From: an uncultured Acidobacteriota bacterium
Lineage (GTDB): Bacteria; Acidobacteriota; Terriglobia; UBA7540
Reading direction: 5' to 3'
Assembly: GCA_963804995.1 (NCBI GenBank)
Contig: CAWDSK010000003.1
Location: 64,001 to 128,000 of the forward strand
Length of the DNA stretch: 64,000 nt
Part shown: positions 40,212 through 50,765 of the stretch, one piece after another
Position numbering within the stretch: the stretch's first letter is position 1
Layout: the number at the start of each line of letters is the position of its first letter
The notes under the pieces: generated by a model
The model's input: only the letters and a program-made list of their open reading frames with translations
Databases searched by the model: none
Told to the model about the DNA's origin: nothing
Translations under genes and position numbers: made by a program

Positions 40212-40339
40212 GAAGGTGTGAAAAAATACCATTTTCACCGCTGAGACGCTGAGACGCAGAGAAATGACCCTTTGTTTTCAAGCCTCTGCGCCTCAGCGTC
40301 TCCGCGGTGAAAGGTTTGATGGGATTTTTTCACAGCTTC
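40212..40339. mobile_element. MITE (128 bp) inserted into a REP hairpin
   Basis: TIRs GAAGGTGTGAAAAAAT / ATTTTTTCACAGCTTC (15/16); TCC duplicated; the empty site CACGGGCGTCCCGCCCGT matches the uninterrupted copy near 46264. Confidence 0.8.
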
Positions 40340-40481
40340 TCCCGCCCGTGTTCGATCACGGCCAAGACCCCGATGGATCGGGGCAGGTCGGCCGTGGCAC
40401 CTCAGATCAAAGAGGTTTCAGGCAAAATCTGATTTTGCGCCCCTTGCTGTAGCATCTAGAATATAATGCGGCACTCTTGAG

Positions 40482-41234
40482 GTGGCCTTGAGATATCTCC
40501 TTTTTAGCGACGTGCATTCGAATCTGGAAGCGCTTGACGCGTGTCTCGCACTCGCCCAGGGGAAATACGACCAAGCCTTGTGCTTAGGCGATCTCGTAGG
40601 GTACGGGCCAAATCCGAACGAGGTGATAGAAAAGACCCGCCCCCTGGCGAAGGTCATCATCCGCGGCAACCACGATAAGGCCTGCTGCGGGATCGATGAT
40701 GCCTCAGATTTCAACCCCTTCGCGCGCCTGGCCACCCACTGGACACGTGAGGCCCTCACCCCTGCGCATTTGGAATTCCTTCGCACGCTCCCCATGGGTC
40801 CCGTAACCATGGACAACTTCATCCTGGTGCACGGCTCGCCTATCGATGAGGACGAATACATCCTCGGACCCGGCCAGGCTCTCCCCCTGCTCAAAACCCC
40901 CCAGATCCAGACCGTCTGCTTCGGCCACACGCATTACCAGGGGGGCTTTATGGTTACGCCCGCCGGCCGTTTTCAATCTATCCGCTTTCCCTCGAAGTCG
41001 GATGGACTGACCCTGACTCTCCCACTCGATAACAGTTCGCACTACCTTATCAACCCAGGCTCAATCGGGCAGCCCCGCGACGGCGACTGGCGCGCCGGGT
41101 TTGCTATTCTTGATATGGATAAGCAGGAAGTCGAGTATTACCGTACTCCCTATGAGGTGGCCAAGACACAAGCCAAGATGCGAGAAGCCCGTCTGCCCGA
41201 ACCCCTAATCCGCCGCTTGGAGCTGGGGCGCTAG
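40482..41234 (+). CDS. Metallophosphoesterase family protein
   Basis: SDVHSN, GDLVGYG, RGNHD, HGSP, GHTH, NPGSIGQPRD. Confidence 0.92.
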   Translation: MALRYLLFSDVHSNLEALDACLALAQGKYDQALCLGDLVGYGPNPNEVIEKTRPLAKVIIRGNHDKACCGIDDASDFNPFARLATHWTREALTPAHLEFLRTLPMGPVTMDNFILVHGSPIDEDEYILGPGQALPLLKTPQIQTVCFGHTHYQGGFMVTPAGRFQSIRFPSKSDGLTLTLPLDNSSHYLINPGSIGQPRDGDWRAGFAILDMDKQEVEYYRTPYEVAKTQAKMREARLPEPLIRRLELGR

Positions 41235-41356
41235 TGTGCGTGTTTGTGGGGGTAGGGCTTGCCATGTCCTGAAAACCAGATCCGCCACCAGATTCCGAGA
41301 TTCAAAAGTCGAGGCGAGTTTCGAATTTCGAGTTTCGATTTTCGCCTTTCCACGGA

Positions 41357-41842
41357 TCAGAATTCCAAATACACAGGTCTGATGGACGGCGGAGCCTGGT
41401 TCCAATCCACCGGCATATGCTCAAAGCTCAGGCGGAAGGCGCGCGTTTCGCCCGGCTGCAAGGGCGCCCCGCGACGTGTCAGGGCGTGTCCGTTCTCGCG
41501 CAAGACAACCTGGTTGAGTGTGTCCACGAAATTCAACTCCACTTCCAGGTTGCTTATGGCCTTCGTCCCCTTATTGGTGACGCTGGCATCGAGATAGGTC
41601 ACTGTATTGCCCAGAAAGTTTTCCGCCGCGCTCATGTGCAGCCCGCTGAAGTCGAGAAACGCAAAGTAGGCCTTCTGCTCAGCGCTGAGGGCCGTCTGCG
41701 GCGCCCTCACGGACGCGGGTCCGGATGAGGCGGGATGTTGCATCAGGACATAGGCGGCAACGAGGCTTGCCAGCGCCACCGCCACGCAGAGGATGATGAT
41801 TAGAGTTGAGACACCACGATCATTCCGAGGCATGAGGGTCAT
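41357..41842 (-). CDS. Membrane-anchored Ig-like (DUF2393/FxLYD-like) protein
   Basis: N-terminal TM; VTNKG, LQPGETRAFRLSFEH. Confidence 0.65.
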   Translation of the reverse strand: MTLMPRNDRGVSTLIIILCVAVALASLVAAYVLMQHPASSGPASVRAPQTALSAEQKAYFAFLDFSGLHMSAAENFLGNTVTYLDASVTNKGTKAISNLEVELNFVDTLNQVVLRENGHALTRRGAPLQPGETRAFRLSFEHMPVDWNQAPPSIRPVYLEF

Positions 41843-43189
41843 TTAGGTGCCGGCCACAGTCAGGCCGGAGACGAGCAGTGTGGGGGCCGCCACGGAGCTG
41901 CGAAACTCCAGGTCCGAACCCACGATTTCGATGTGATTCAGCATCTCTACCAGGTTTCCTGCGATCGTAACTTCTTCGACGGGATAGGCGAATTCGCCGT
42001 TTTCAATCCACAGTCCGGCGGCTCCGCGCGAGTAGTCGCCCGTCACGATATTCACGCCGAAGCCAATCAGGTCAGTGACGTAAAATCCCGATTGGACAGA
42101 CTTGCGAATTTGCTCAGGACTCTCCGTCCCAGGCACCATGTAAAAGTTCTTTGGACCGACGTGGGGCGGGCCAGTGACTCCACGCGCCGCATTACCCGTG
42201 GTGCGCAAATTCAACTTACGCGCCGTGTAGCAATTCAAAAGATAATTGGTGAGCACTCCGTTTTCAATCACCGGAGTGACCGACGCGGGGATACCTTCGT
42301 CGTCGAAAGGACGGGTACCGAATCCGCCCTGCCGCAAACCGTCGTCGAGAATCGTCACGCGTTCGTTGGTCACCTTCTGCTTCAACTTACCGGTCAAGAA
42401 CGAGGCGCTGCGATAGATAGCGTCACCGCGCACGGCCTCAAAAATGTGGCCGACCAGTGAGCGCGCAGCCTCGGGATCGAAAATCACCGGCACCTGGCAG
42501 GTTGCCATCTTGCGCGCCCCCAGCTTGCGCAGAGTGCGCTCCGCCGCCTTGCGGCCGACCGCCTCAGGGCTCTCCAACTTATCGGCACGGCGCGCCACCG
42601 AGTACCAGTAGTCACGCTGCATGCCACCGTCCTCGGCTACCGGCGCCACGGAAACCGCGCAATAGGAAGATCGATAGCTGCCCGCAAATCCCAGCGTGTT
42701 CGCATAGGCCTTGCGGCTGACGCTCGCTTCAAACCAGGCGCCCTCGGAATTCTTGATGCGGGGATCAGCGCTGAGCGCCGCCTCTTCCGCCCGGCGCGCA
42801 TAGTCGATTCGGGTGTCGGTGGAAAGCTCGCCGACATCGGCAGAATAAAGCCCCAACTCGCCTTCATGCCGGCCGAGCAGGGCGGGATCCGGCAGCCCGC
42901 TGGCAGGATCCTCCGAGGTAACGCGGGCCATGGCGATCGTACGCTCCACCAGCCTATCCAGCGAGACAGCAGAAAAATCACTCGAAAACGACGTGGCGCT
43001 CCGCACTCCGAGGAAAACGCGCAATCCCAATACCTTGGAGGCGGCTTCCTTGAGGCTCTCAATCTTGCGCAGGCGCAAGGCAGTCGAGAAGTCATCGGCC
43101 TCGTGCACCAAGGCGTCCACGGCCGTCGCACCCTTCCCGAGGGCACGATTTACCAGCTCCACCGCAAGTTGTTCCAGTTGTTCTTCCAT
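41843..43189 (-). CDS. pmbA: TldE/PmbA protease subunit
   Basis: MQRDYWY, PFDDEG, GVNIVTGDYSRGAAG, PVEEVTIAGNL. Confidence 0.9.
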   Translation of the reverse strand: MEEQLEQLAVELVNRALGKGATAVDALVHEADDFSTALRLRKIESLKEAASKVLGLRVFLGVRSATSFSSDFSAVSLDRLVERTIAMARVTSEDPASGLPDPALLGRHEGELGLYSADVGELSTDTRIDYARRAEEAALSADPRIKNSEGAWFEASVSRKAYANTLGFAGSYRSSYCAVSVAPVAEDGGMQRDYWYSVARRADKLESPEAVGRKAAERTLRKLGARKMATCQVPVIFDPEAARSLVGHIFEAVRGDAIYRSASFLTGKLKQKVTNERVTILDDGLRQGGFGTRPFDDEGIPASVTPVIENGVLTNYLLNCYTARKLNLRTTGNAARGVTGPPHVGPKNFYMVPGTESPEQIRKSVQSGFYVTDLIGFGVNIVTGDYSRGAAGLWIENGEFAYPVEEVTIAGNLVEMLNHIEIVGSDLEFRSSVAAPTLLVSGLTVAGT

Positions 43190-43270
43190 AAGCAGTCGCT
43201 AGGAGCGAGAAGCTAGGAGCTAGAATCTGGGTCTGAAATTGTAACTCCTAACTTCTAGCTTCTGGATTCT

Positions 43271-44724
43271 TTAAGTAAACGATCCCCCGCCGCGCGGGCC
43301 TGTCCCGCCCACCGTCAACTGACTGACCTTGAGCGTAGGAATGCCCACGCCAACCGGCACGCTCTGCCCATCCTTGCCGCAGGTGCCGATGCCTGGGTCA
43401 AGCTTCAGGTCATTCCCCACCGCGGTCACACGGGTCAGTACCGTAGGGCCATCGCCGATCAGGGTAGCGCCTTTGACGGGCGCCGTCACGCGGCCGTTTT
43501 CAATCAGATACGCCTCGGACGCGGAAAACACAAACTTTCCGTTCGTGATATCCACTTGTCCACCGCCAAAGTTGACCGCATAAAGCCCCCGCCGAACGGA
43601 GCGGATAATGTCCTCAGGAGCATCGGTCCCCGCCAGCATGTAAGTGTTCGTCATGCGCGGCATGGGAATGTGCTCGTAGCTCTCACGGCGTCCGTTGCCG
43701 GTGCGGGTAGTTTTCAGGATGTCGGAGCTCAGCTTGTCCTGCAAATAGCCCCGCAACATGCCATTTTCAATCAGCACCGTCTTTTGGGTTGGCTCACCTT
43801 CATCATCCACATTCAACGAACCGCGCCTGGCGGGAATGGTCCCGTCGTCCACTACAGTGCAGATTTCGGAAGCTACGCGTTGCCCAATCCGGCCACTGAA
43901 AGCGGAAATGCCTTTGCGATTAAAGTCTGCTTCCAATCCGTGGCCAATCGCTTCGTGTAACAGGATGCCCGGCCACCCGGACCCAGCACCACTTCCATTT
44001 CACCCGCCGGCGCTTCCCGGGCGTCGAGTTGCACAATCGCCTGCCGCGCCGCTTCCTTCGCAAATTGTTCGGGATCACGCTCGCCGGCAAAAAATTCCAA
44101 TCCCACCCTGCCCCCGCCGCCGCTGGATCCGGATTGCAGCTTGCTACCCTCCTGCGCAATGGTGAACACATTCAGGCGCACCAGGGGCTGGAAATCCGTC
44201 ACGATGCGGCCGTCGGAGCCGGCAATCATAACGTGACGAATCTGGTCGCCGTAGGTGACCCGCACCTGCTTGACGCGGGAATCATAGGCGCGGGCGGCAA
44301 CGTCGGCGCGTACGACCAGCCCCAGTTTGTCGGCCAAGTCGCGGTCCGTCGACGGCAAAGCCACGGGGTAAAAATCATGATGCGCCTCGAAAGTGCTTAA
44401 ACCCACGGTCGAGACACGCGCCGGACCACTGGCAATGCGGGCCGCGATCTTCGCCACCTTCAGGATTTTCTCCGGCGCTAAGTCATCCGTGTACGCGTAG
44501 CCGGTCTGCTCTCCCGCCACCACGCGCACACCACAACCCAGCGATATTCCTTCCGTCGCGGTCTTCACCAGCGATTCATCCACCAGGAGCGAGGACGAGG
44601 TGGTGTGCTCGAAGTAAAGGTCGGCATACTCGCCGCCCTCGGAAAGCGCGGCCCCCAGATATGCGGAGAGGTTCGCCTCCGTCAGCCCAAAGCGCTCAAA
44701 GAAGAACCGATCAGAGTTGGCCAT
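43271..44724 (-). CDS. tldD: TldD metalloprotease (1-nt frameshift near 43977)
   Basis: EYADLYFE; adding one G restores [41 protein letters not shown]. Confidence 0.88.
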
Positions 44725-44888
44725 AGTGAAAAGCCCGCCTCATGCGGAGCGTGAGGGATAAAAAAGTTTCCAGCAAACGCCTGAAAATCCAAGCTAACAC
44801 ACCACCCCAGAAGTGTCAATTTTGCCGCCCTCCAGCCCTCCGCCCGTAGGGATTGGATTGACACGCCTACTCAAGCACGATAAGGTTT

Positions 44889-45935
44889 TTGTGGCATTCG
44901 GAAAAGAACAATAGAAACGTGAGGTGCACGGTGGCCAGGAAAAGGTCGTCATTATCGCGTGATGTGGAACCCTTGAACCCCTGCGACGCCAGTCGTCGGA
45001 ACTTCTTGAAGGGCGCCACGACCGTTGCGGCAGGGATCATGGCGGCGCCGTACGGATGGAGCGTGGAAGCCGGAACGCTGCCCACGATTGCGCTGGGGCC
45101 ACACCGCGTGACCCGGATGATAGTGGGAAGCAATCCCATCCGCGGCTACTCGCATTTCAACCATCAGTACAACGAACACATGGTGGAATGGTACACGGAT
45201 GAACGCACCGCGCAGGTGCTGCTCGATTGCCAGAAAGCGGGAATCAATACCTTTCAATCGAGCTTCTATCAGCCTCGCGTCTTGCGGCATTTCGAGCTCT
45301 TGAAGAGGCGGGGCAGCACCCTTCAATGGATCGCCCTTACCTCTCCCGGCGATGTTATCACCCAAGTGGAACACGAGACTCCTGAGTGGATACGCGATGG
45401 CCAATTGACGGCTATTGACACGGTGAAAAAGCATAATCCCATCGCCATGGTCCACCACGGTTCCGACACAGATTCCCTCTGGCGATCCGGCAAAATCGAC
45501 TATCTCAAAACCTACATTAACAAGGTACACGACGTAGGTTGCCTGGCAGGAATCTCCACGCACAACCCGGCCATGCTGGAGGCGCTCGAAAGCAAGGGCT
45601 GGCCCGTGGATTTCTATATGACGGCGCTGTATTACCTGACGCGCACGGAAGAGGATTTCAAGAAGGAGATCGGCAAAGTGCCGGTGGGAGAAACCTATTT
45701 CGCGGAAGACCCGCCGCGCATGTGCGAAGTCATCCGTAAAGTTAACAGGCCCTGCCTGGCCTACAAAATCCTGGCTGCAGGGAGGAAGTGCAACTCTCCC
45801 GGCATGGTCCGCGAAACTTTCGAGTGGACCTTCAAGAATATCAAGCCCACCGACGCCGTTATCGTCGGATTGTACCCACGATTCACGGATCAAATCACGG
45901 AAGACACCAATACCGTTCGCCAAATTGCGGGTTGA
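44889..45935 (+). CDS. Tat-exported hypothetical protein, aldo-keto-reductase-like
   Basis: SRRNFLK; VTRMIVGSNP, AGISTH, AYKILAAGR; start uncertain. Confidence 0.65.
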   Translation: MWHSEKNNRNVRCTVARKRSSLSRDVEPLNPCDASRRNFLKGATTVAAGIMAAPYGWSVEAGTLPTIALGPHRVTRMIVGSNPIRGYSHFNHQYNEHMVEWYTDERTAQVLLDCQKAGINTFQSSFYQPRVLRHFELLKRRGSTLQWIALTSPGDVITQVEHETPEWIRDGQLTAIDTVKKHNPIAMVHHGSDTDSLWRSGKIDYLKTYINKVHDVGCLAGISTHNPAMLEALESKGWPVDFYMTALYYLTRTEEDFKKEIGKVPVGETYFAEDPPRMCEVIRKVNRPCLAYKILAAGRKCNSPGMVRETFEWTFKNIKPTDAVIVGLYPRFTDQITEDTNTVRQIAG

Positions 45936-46259
45936 GAGTAGACTGACAATTCTGAGGAATTCGCGACCCCACCGAACAAATTTTGCTATAGCTCCGTTGT
46001 CCCACTACCGGCACTTTTGGTGGGACAACGCCCGCTAGGCCCCGCGCTGGGCAACATCTGGGACACCCAAAGGCGCCATTATGTCCGATGGGCCGACTCT
46101 TCCCTTCTGGCCTACGGGGCAAGCATACGACCCAGTAATTCGCCGCTGGTGGACCATATTCTCACCTTCGCCGGAACGATTTGTGCTTTGAAGCGGGATT
46201 GCCTGCACCTGGCAGCGGCCGTGTCTCGCCCATGACTCACCACCGTGACTCATTTTGAC

Positions 46260-46332
46260 ATGGCACGGGCGTCCCGCCCGTATCCAGTCACGGCCAAGAC
46301 CCCGATAAATCGGGGCAGGTCGGCCGTGGCAC
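46260..46332. repeat. REP doublet GGCACGGGCGTCCCGCCCGT ... CACGGCCAAGACCCCGAT..ATCGGGGCAGGTCGGCCGTGGCAC
   Basis: Near-identical to 40197-40400 minus the MITE. Confidence 0.75.
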
Positions 46333-46380
46333 ATCAAACTGGGCACCCCCGAGCCAGGGTGTGCGACAAATCTGTGTGGG

Positions 46381-47709
46381 TCAGGCCGCGCGGGGGCGAC
46401 GGTTCTCCCAGTAATCCTCGAATTTGCCGCTCAAGCGATGGCAGCGAAGGGCGATGATGGCATTGGCCCCGCGGACCCTCCAGAACATACCGGAGCGCTT
46501 CAGCCGAGTGCCGATGAGGGTTTTGCAGCCGGCTTCGACGACCCCGGAACCTACGAACAGATGCTGACGCCGAAAGGTCGGATAGCGCATCCGTTGGGCG
46601 TTGACGGTAAAATAATCTGCCGCGTGGCGCAAGAGTTCGGCGGCTTCGGGCGTGGCTGGGAACAGCGAGCGCAAATCGCGCACTAGGGATTCGATCCGCC
46701 CGCTCTCCAACTTCTCCTCCCGTTTTCTGGTCCACCTTCGGCGGTGGCGCTCGTCGGTGGGCCAGAGCTGGCCCGACAGCTCCCATAAGTGCTGTCGGGC
46801 ATGATAAAGATCCACAATCTGAATGGCTCCCGGAAAGTGCTCGGCGGTGAGGTTCCAAATCCAAGGAGCACCATCGCCGATCACCACTTTCTTTTGGGCC
46901 CGGTTCCAGCCCCGACGATATGCTTCGAGGTAGATGCGCCGCCCAAAAACCTCGGCCGTTTCGATGCCTCCCGTGTAGGTGGTGGAGCCTTCTTCGCGCG
47001 CCGGTCGGCCCCGGGCATCCCGTGTCGTCTGGGCGAAGACACAACCTAATTTCACTTCCCGCGGGCGCGCTTGCTCGCTCTGTTTCCCCGCTCAACCCTC
47101 GGTTTCCGAACTCACCACCGGTACTCCCGTCCCATCCATCTCCACATAGAGTACCGGAATTTCCGGTCCCCTCACCTGCGGCAAGTTCCGTTGCAGGCCT
47201 TGCTGGATCGAGGCTTGTTCCTGGGCAGCAATCTCGGCGCCCAGAGCCTCTGCCTGCCGTTCCACGGCCTTGGTGGTCACCTCCAACCCGGCCAGCAGTT
47301 GCAGTTGTTCTCGACCGAGCGCAAAGGAGGTTTCGCTGCCCACCACCGCCATCATCCGTCGCACCCCAGGAGAATATTCCGTGCCCTCCACATCCAGTTC
47401 CTGATCGCGGGGACTCTGTCCCCGGTGACAGGCCGGACAAACGTAATAGGGACGCTCGGTCTCGACCCGCCCCAGCACGGTCAGCAGTTGCTTCCGACGC
47501 CTGCCGCGGTAGGGGGCCCCCCGACCACAGCCGCAGGGAACTTGGCGAGGGCACTCGTCCGGGGCGGCCAGCAACTCCTCCAGCACCGCCGCCCCCGCCC
47601 GGTGCAAGGCCGCGCGTGTGGCCATCTCAACGGCTTCCAAATCCAGCGTCCCGGACTTGCGCCGCCCAGCAAAGATCACCGCCAGCAGGGACTCTACTTC
47701 TCGCGCCAC
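46381..47709 (-). pseudogene. ISKra4-type transposase with in-frame TGA at 47092-47094
   Basis: EMDGTG, IGDGAPWIW, DLYHARQHL, GSGVVEAGCK; ETEG*AGKQ continues in the same frame. Confidence 0.82.
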
Positions 47710-48098
47710 TTCCCGCTGAATGGCTTCCGCCGTTTTTTTTCCTGCTCCGCCGCTTCGGCCTCCTGGGGGAGGGGGCGCTGACGGCAGATTTTTTCGTTCA
47801 CCTCCACGAAGGCCCGGCGCAGTTGTTGAAACCTGCGGAACTCGGCAATCTGTCGTTCCGCCTGGTGCCGGGCGGCAGGGCTGGGGAAGGTTTCGCTGAC
47901 GGTCCGGCCCTGCACCTTGTAAGTGAGCCGGAAGTTAGGGCCGTGGCCGGGATGATGGGGCTGATGACAGTGACAGTTGGACTTGCCGCAGCGGGCGGTA
48001 ATGCTGGTGATCGAACCACTGCGGAGGTCACCCAGTTGGGCGATCTGGCGGATCAACTCCGCCCGTTGGTTCTCCAGGACGTCAAGGGATTGGGGCAT
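47694..48098 (-). CDS. IS-associated OrfA (DUF6788-like), probably fused to the transposase by frameshift
   Basis: GSIT..RCGKSNCHC...GHGP; slippery A8 at 47733-47740 (minus); hairpin TATCCTAACGTAT-CAT-ATACGTTAGGATA at 48113-48141. Confidence 0.75.
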   Translation of the reverse strand: MPQSLDVLENQRAELIRQIAQLGDLRSGSITSITARCGKSNCHCHQPHHPGHGPNFRLTYKVQGRTVSETFPSPAARHQAERQIAEFRRFQQLRRAFVEVNEKICRQRPLPQEAEAAEQEKKRRKPFSGKWREK

Positions 48099-48209
48099 GT
48101 TAAGGCCTCCTCTATCCTAACGTATCATATACGTTAGGATATAAGCGACAAAAAAAGAGCCAGCCCAGAGCGTTACATTTATGTCGCGCACCCCCCGAGC
48201 CAGGATTCC

Positions 48210-48239
48210 TTGACGCTACAATGAGGCGGGCATTAGAAT
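48210..48239 (+). promoter_or_regulatory. guaB promoter
   Basis: TTGACG-18-TAGAAT. Confidence 0.5.
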
Positions 48240-48281
48240 GGCCTATGTTCCATTGCATCAAAATGCGGAAAGAGGGGGGCT

Positions 48282-49754
48282 ATGCTGGACGGCGCCATTC
48301 CGGAGGGGCTTACCTTCGATGATGTCTTACTGATTCCTGGCAAATCCTCAGTTCTGCCAACCCAGGTTGACGTTGGCACCAAGCTCACTCGCCATATTGA
48401 TCTGAATATTCCCATTGTCAGTTCGGCCATGGACACGGTCACCGAATCGCGCCTGGCGATTGCGCTGGCGCAACAGGGCGGCATTGGCATTATGCATCGC
48501 AGCATGTCGGTGGCGCACCAGGCGCTGGAAGTCGACAAGGTGAAGCGTTCAGAAAGCGGCATGATCGTTGATCCCGTCACGATCGGCCCCAAACAGTTGA
48601 TCGCCGATGCGCTCGAGATCATGAAGAAATACAAGATTTCCGGCGTCCCGGTCACCGAAGAGGGCCGCCTGGTGGGCATCCTGACCAACCGCGACCTGCG
48701 CTTTGAAAACCGACTCGACCTGACCGTCGAGGAGGTGATGACCAAGGACAACCTGATCACCGTGCCGGTGGGTACCACCCTCGAACAGGCCGAGAAAACC
48801 CTGCACCGGCATCGCGTGGAAAAGCTTCTGGTGGTGGATGAGGATTATAACCTTCGTGGTCTTATCACCGTAAAGGATATCCAGAAGAAGATTAAGTATC
48901 CCAACGCCTGCAAGGATGAGCAGGGCCGCCTGCGCGTAGGAGCAGCCTTGGGCGCCACGGGGGATTATCTGGAGCGCGCCGCGGAGCTAGTAAAAGCCAA
49001 AGTGGATTTGTTGGTGATTGATACCGCGCACGGCCACTCCACGCGAGTGCTGGAAGCGGTGCGCAACGTGAAGCACCGATTCCCGGACGTGGATCTGGTG
49101 GCAGGAAACGTGGCCACGTTCAACGGCGCCTGCGACCTGCTGCAACTGGGAGTCGATGGCATCAAGGTGGGAATCGGGCCGGGCTCGATTTGCACCACCC
49201 GAGTGGTTACGGGCGCCGGGGTGCCGCAAATCACCGCGATTGCGGAATGCGCGCGTGCCGCGCGCCAGGCCGGCGTGCCGATCATCGCCGATGGTGGCAT
49301 CAAATACTCCGGCGACATTCCCAAGGCCATTGCCGCGGGCGCCAGCTCCGTCATGCTGGGCAGCCTCTTTGCCGGCACCGAAGAAAGCCCCGGCGAGACG
49401 ATTCTCTACCAGGGCCGCACCTTCAAGTCCTATCGCGGCATGGGATCGATTGCGGCCATGAGCGCCGGCTCCGGCGACCGCTATTCCCAGGAAGCGGAAG
49501 TGGCGCGCGGCGAAATCTCGAAGCTGGTTCCCGAAGGCATTGAAGGGCGCGTGCCGTACAAGGGCCTGCTGGCAGAACTGGTGGCGCAACTGGTGGGCGG
49601 ATTGCGCTCCGGCATGGGCTATTGCGGCTGCCAGACGATGGAGGAGTTGCAGGAGAAGGGCCGTTTTGTGCGCATCACATCCGCCGGCCTGCGCGAAAGC
49701 CACGTCCACGACGTCATCATCACCAAAGAAGCCCCGAACTACTGGCTGGATTAG
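48282..49754 (+). CDS. guaB: IMP dehydrogenase
   Basis: [19 protein letters not shown] pair, [30 protein letters not shown]. Confidence 0.97.
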   Translation: MLDGAIPEGLTFDDVLLIPGKSSVLPTQVDVGTKLTRHIDLNIPIVSSAMDTVTESRLAIALAQQGGIGIMHRSMSVAHQALEVDKVKRSESGMIVDPVTIGPKQLIADALEIMKKYKISGVPVTEEGRLVGILTNRDLRFENRLDLTVEEVMTKDNLITVPVGTTLEQAEKTLHRHRVEKLLVVDEDYNLRGLITVKDIQKKIKYPNACKDEQGRLRVGAALGATGDYLERAAELVKAKVDLLVIDTAHGHSTRVLEAVRNVKHRFPDVDLVAGNVATFNGACDLLQLGVDGIKVGIGPGSICTTRVVTGAGVPQITAIAECARAARQAGVPIIADGGIKYSGDIPKAIAAGASSVMLGSLFAGTEESPGETILYQGRTFKSYRGMGSIAAMSAGSGDRYSQEAEVARGEISKLVPEGIEGRVPYKGLLAELVAQLVGGLRSGMGYCGCQTMEELQEKGRFVRITSAGLRESHVHDVIITKEAPNYWLD

Positions 49755-49835
49755 CAACGCGTCACCGGAGTTTTCTTCTTAACGCGTTGTATGCGGCTAC
49801 GCTGCGCTACCTTGCTGCCGACGGGGGGTGATCGA

Positions 49836-50765
49836 ATGCTATCACGAAAGTTAGGGGCAATTTGTGCTGTATCGGTTGCACTTTCCTTCAGTAGCCTGCA
49901 CGCGCTTGCAAGTGACAAGTCGGTCTTAATCGAATCCACCCCCGCAGGAGCACAGGTTGAGGTGAACGGCAGCGTAACTTGCGTCACACCGTGCTCCATC
50001 ATGGTGCCTGGGTACTACTTTGGCATGAAGCACACCGCCGTGAGTTCGCATGGCGCGGAGCCGTTCCGCGTGAGATTGACGAAGGAAGGCTACGTCCCCA
50101 AAAGCGTTGAGCTTACAAACGGCCCCATTCATTGGTCCAGCCTAAGCGGGGCCCATGGCTATGATTACTACCTGATAAGTTCCGAGCACTTTACGTTTCC
50201 GCTCGATGCCGTCGTGGCGGCGCCCGCTGCGGCCCCATCACCGGAGCCCAAGATCCCCGCGCCAACTTCTTCTACCGCCATCGTGGTGGCGTCCCCCTCC
50301 GGCGTAAGCCCGAATCAAACCGTGGAGCTCAATGAATCCCCGCTGGTGATCCGTGGCGTGGCCACGGACAGCACGGGCATTCTGGTTGTTACCATCAATG
50401 GCTCGACTGCCAACATGCGGCCGCAAAACACGCAGGCGACTGAGTTCTGGTCAGAGCCCTTACCGATCAAGCCTGGATACACCTCCATCGAGATTATCGC
50501 CTCCAATTCGGCGCACCTGGAGACCAGGCTGGCCTTCACCCTTCATTACACCCCCAAGGTAGTACCCCCCAACCCTCGGGCATTGAGCAAAAAGGATATT
50601 GTCTCCTTGCTCCAGGGGGGTGTTTCCAACGCGAGGATTGAGGCGCTCATCAAGGAACGTGGCATCAAGTTCGCACCCACCGCTGACGACCTGCACGATT
50701 TTCGCCAGGCGGGTGGAAACGAGGATTTGATCCAGGCAGTCCAGCAAGCAGCGCCTCAAAAGTGA
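49836..50765 (+). CDS. Secreted PEGA-domain protein
   Basis: Signal peptide; IESTPAGAQVEVNG...TPC...LTKEGY; Ig-like middle; C-terminal helical domain. Confidence 0.75.
   Translation: MLSRKLGAICAVSVALSFSSLHALASDKSVLIESTPAGAQVEVNGSVTCVTPCSIMVPGYYFGMKHTAVSSHGAEPFRVRLTKEGYVPKSVELTNGPIHWSSLSGAHGYDYYLISSEHFTFPLDAVVAAPAAAPSPEPKIPAPTSSTAIVVASPSGVSPNQTVELNESPLVIRGVATDSTGILVVTINGSTANMRPQNTQATEFWSEPLPIKPGYTSIEIIASNSAHLETRLAFTLHYTPKVVPPNPRALSKKDIVSLLQGGVSNARIEALIKERGIKFAPTADDLHDFRQAGGNEDLIQAVQQAAPQK

Larger units (their letters stand above)
46357..48193 (-). mobile_element. ISKra4-family insertion sequence
   Basis: Ends GGGTGTGCGACA / TGTCGCGCACCC; 9-bp duplication CCCGAGCCA at 46348-46356 and 48194-48202. 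Confidence 0.85.

Noticed and set aside
47092..47094. Selenocysteine or readthrough TGA
   Set aside because: Context fits a CGA-to-TGA nonsense change in a transposase
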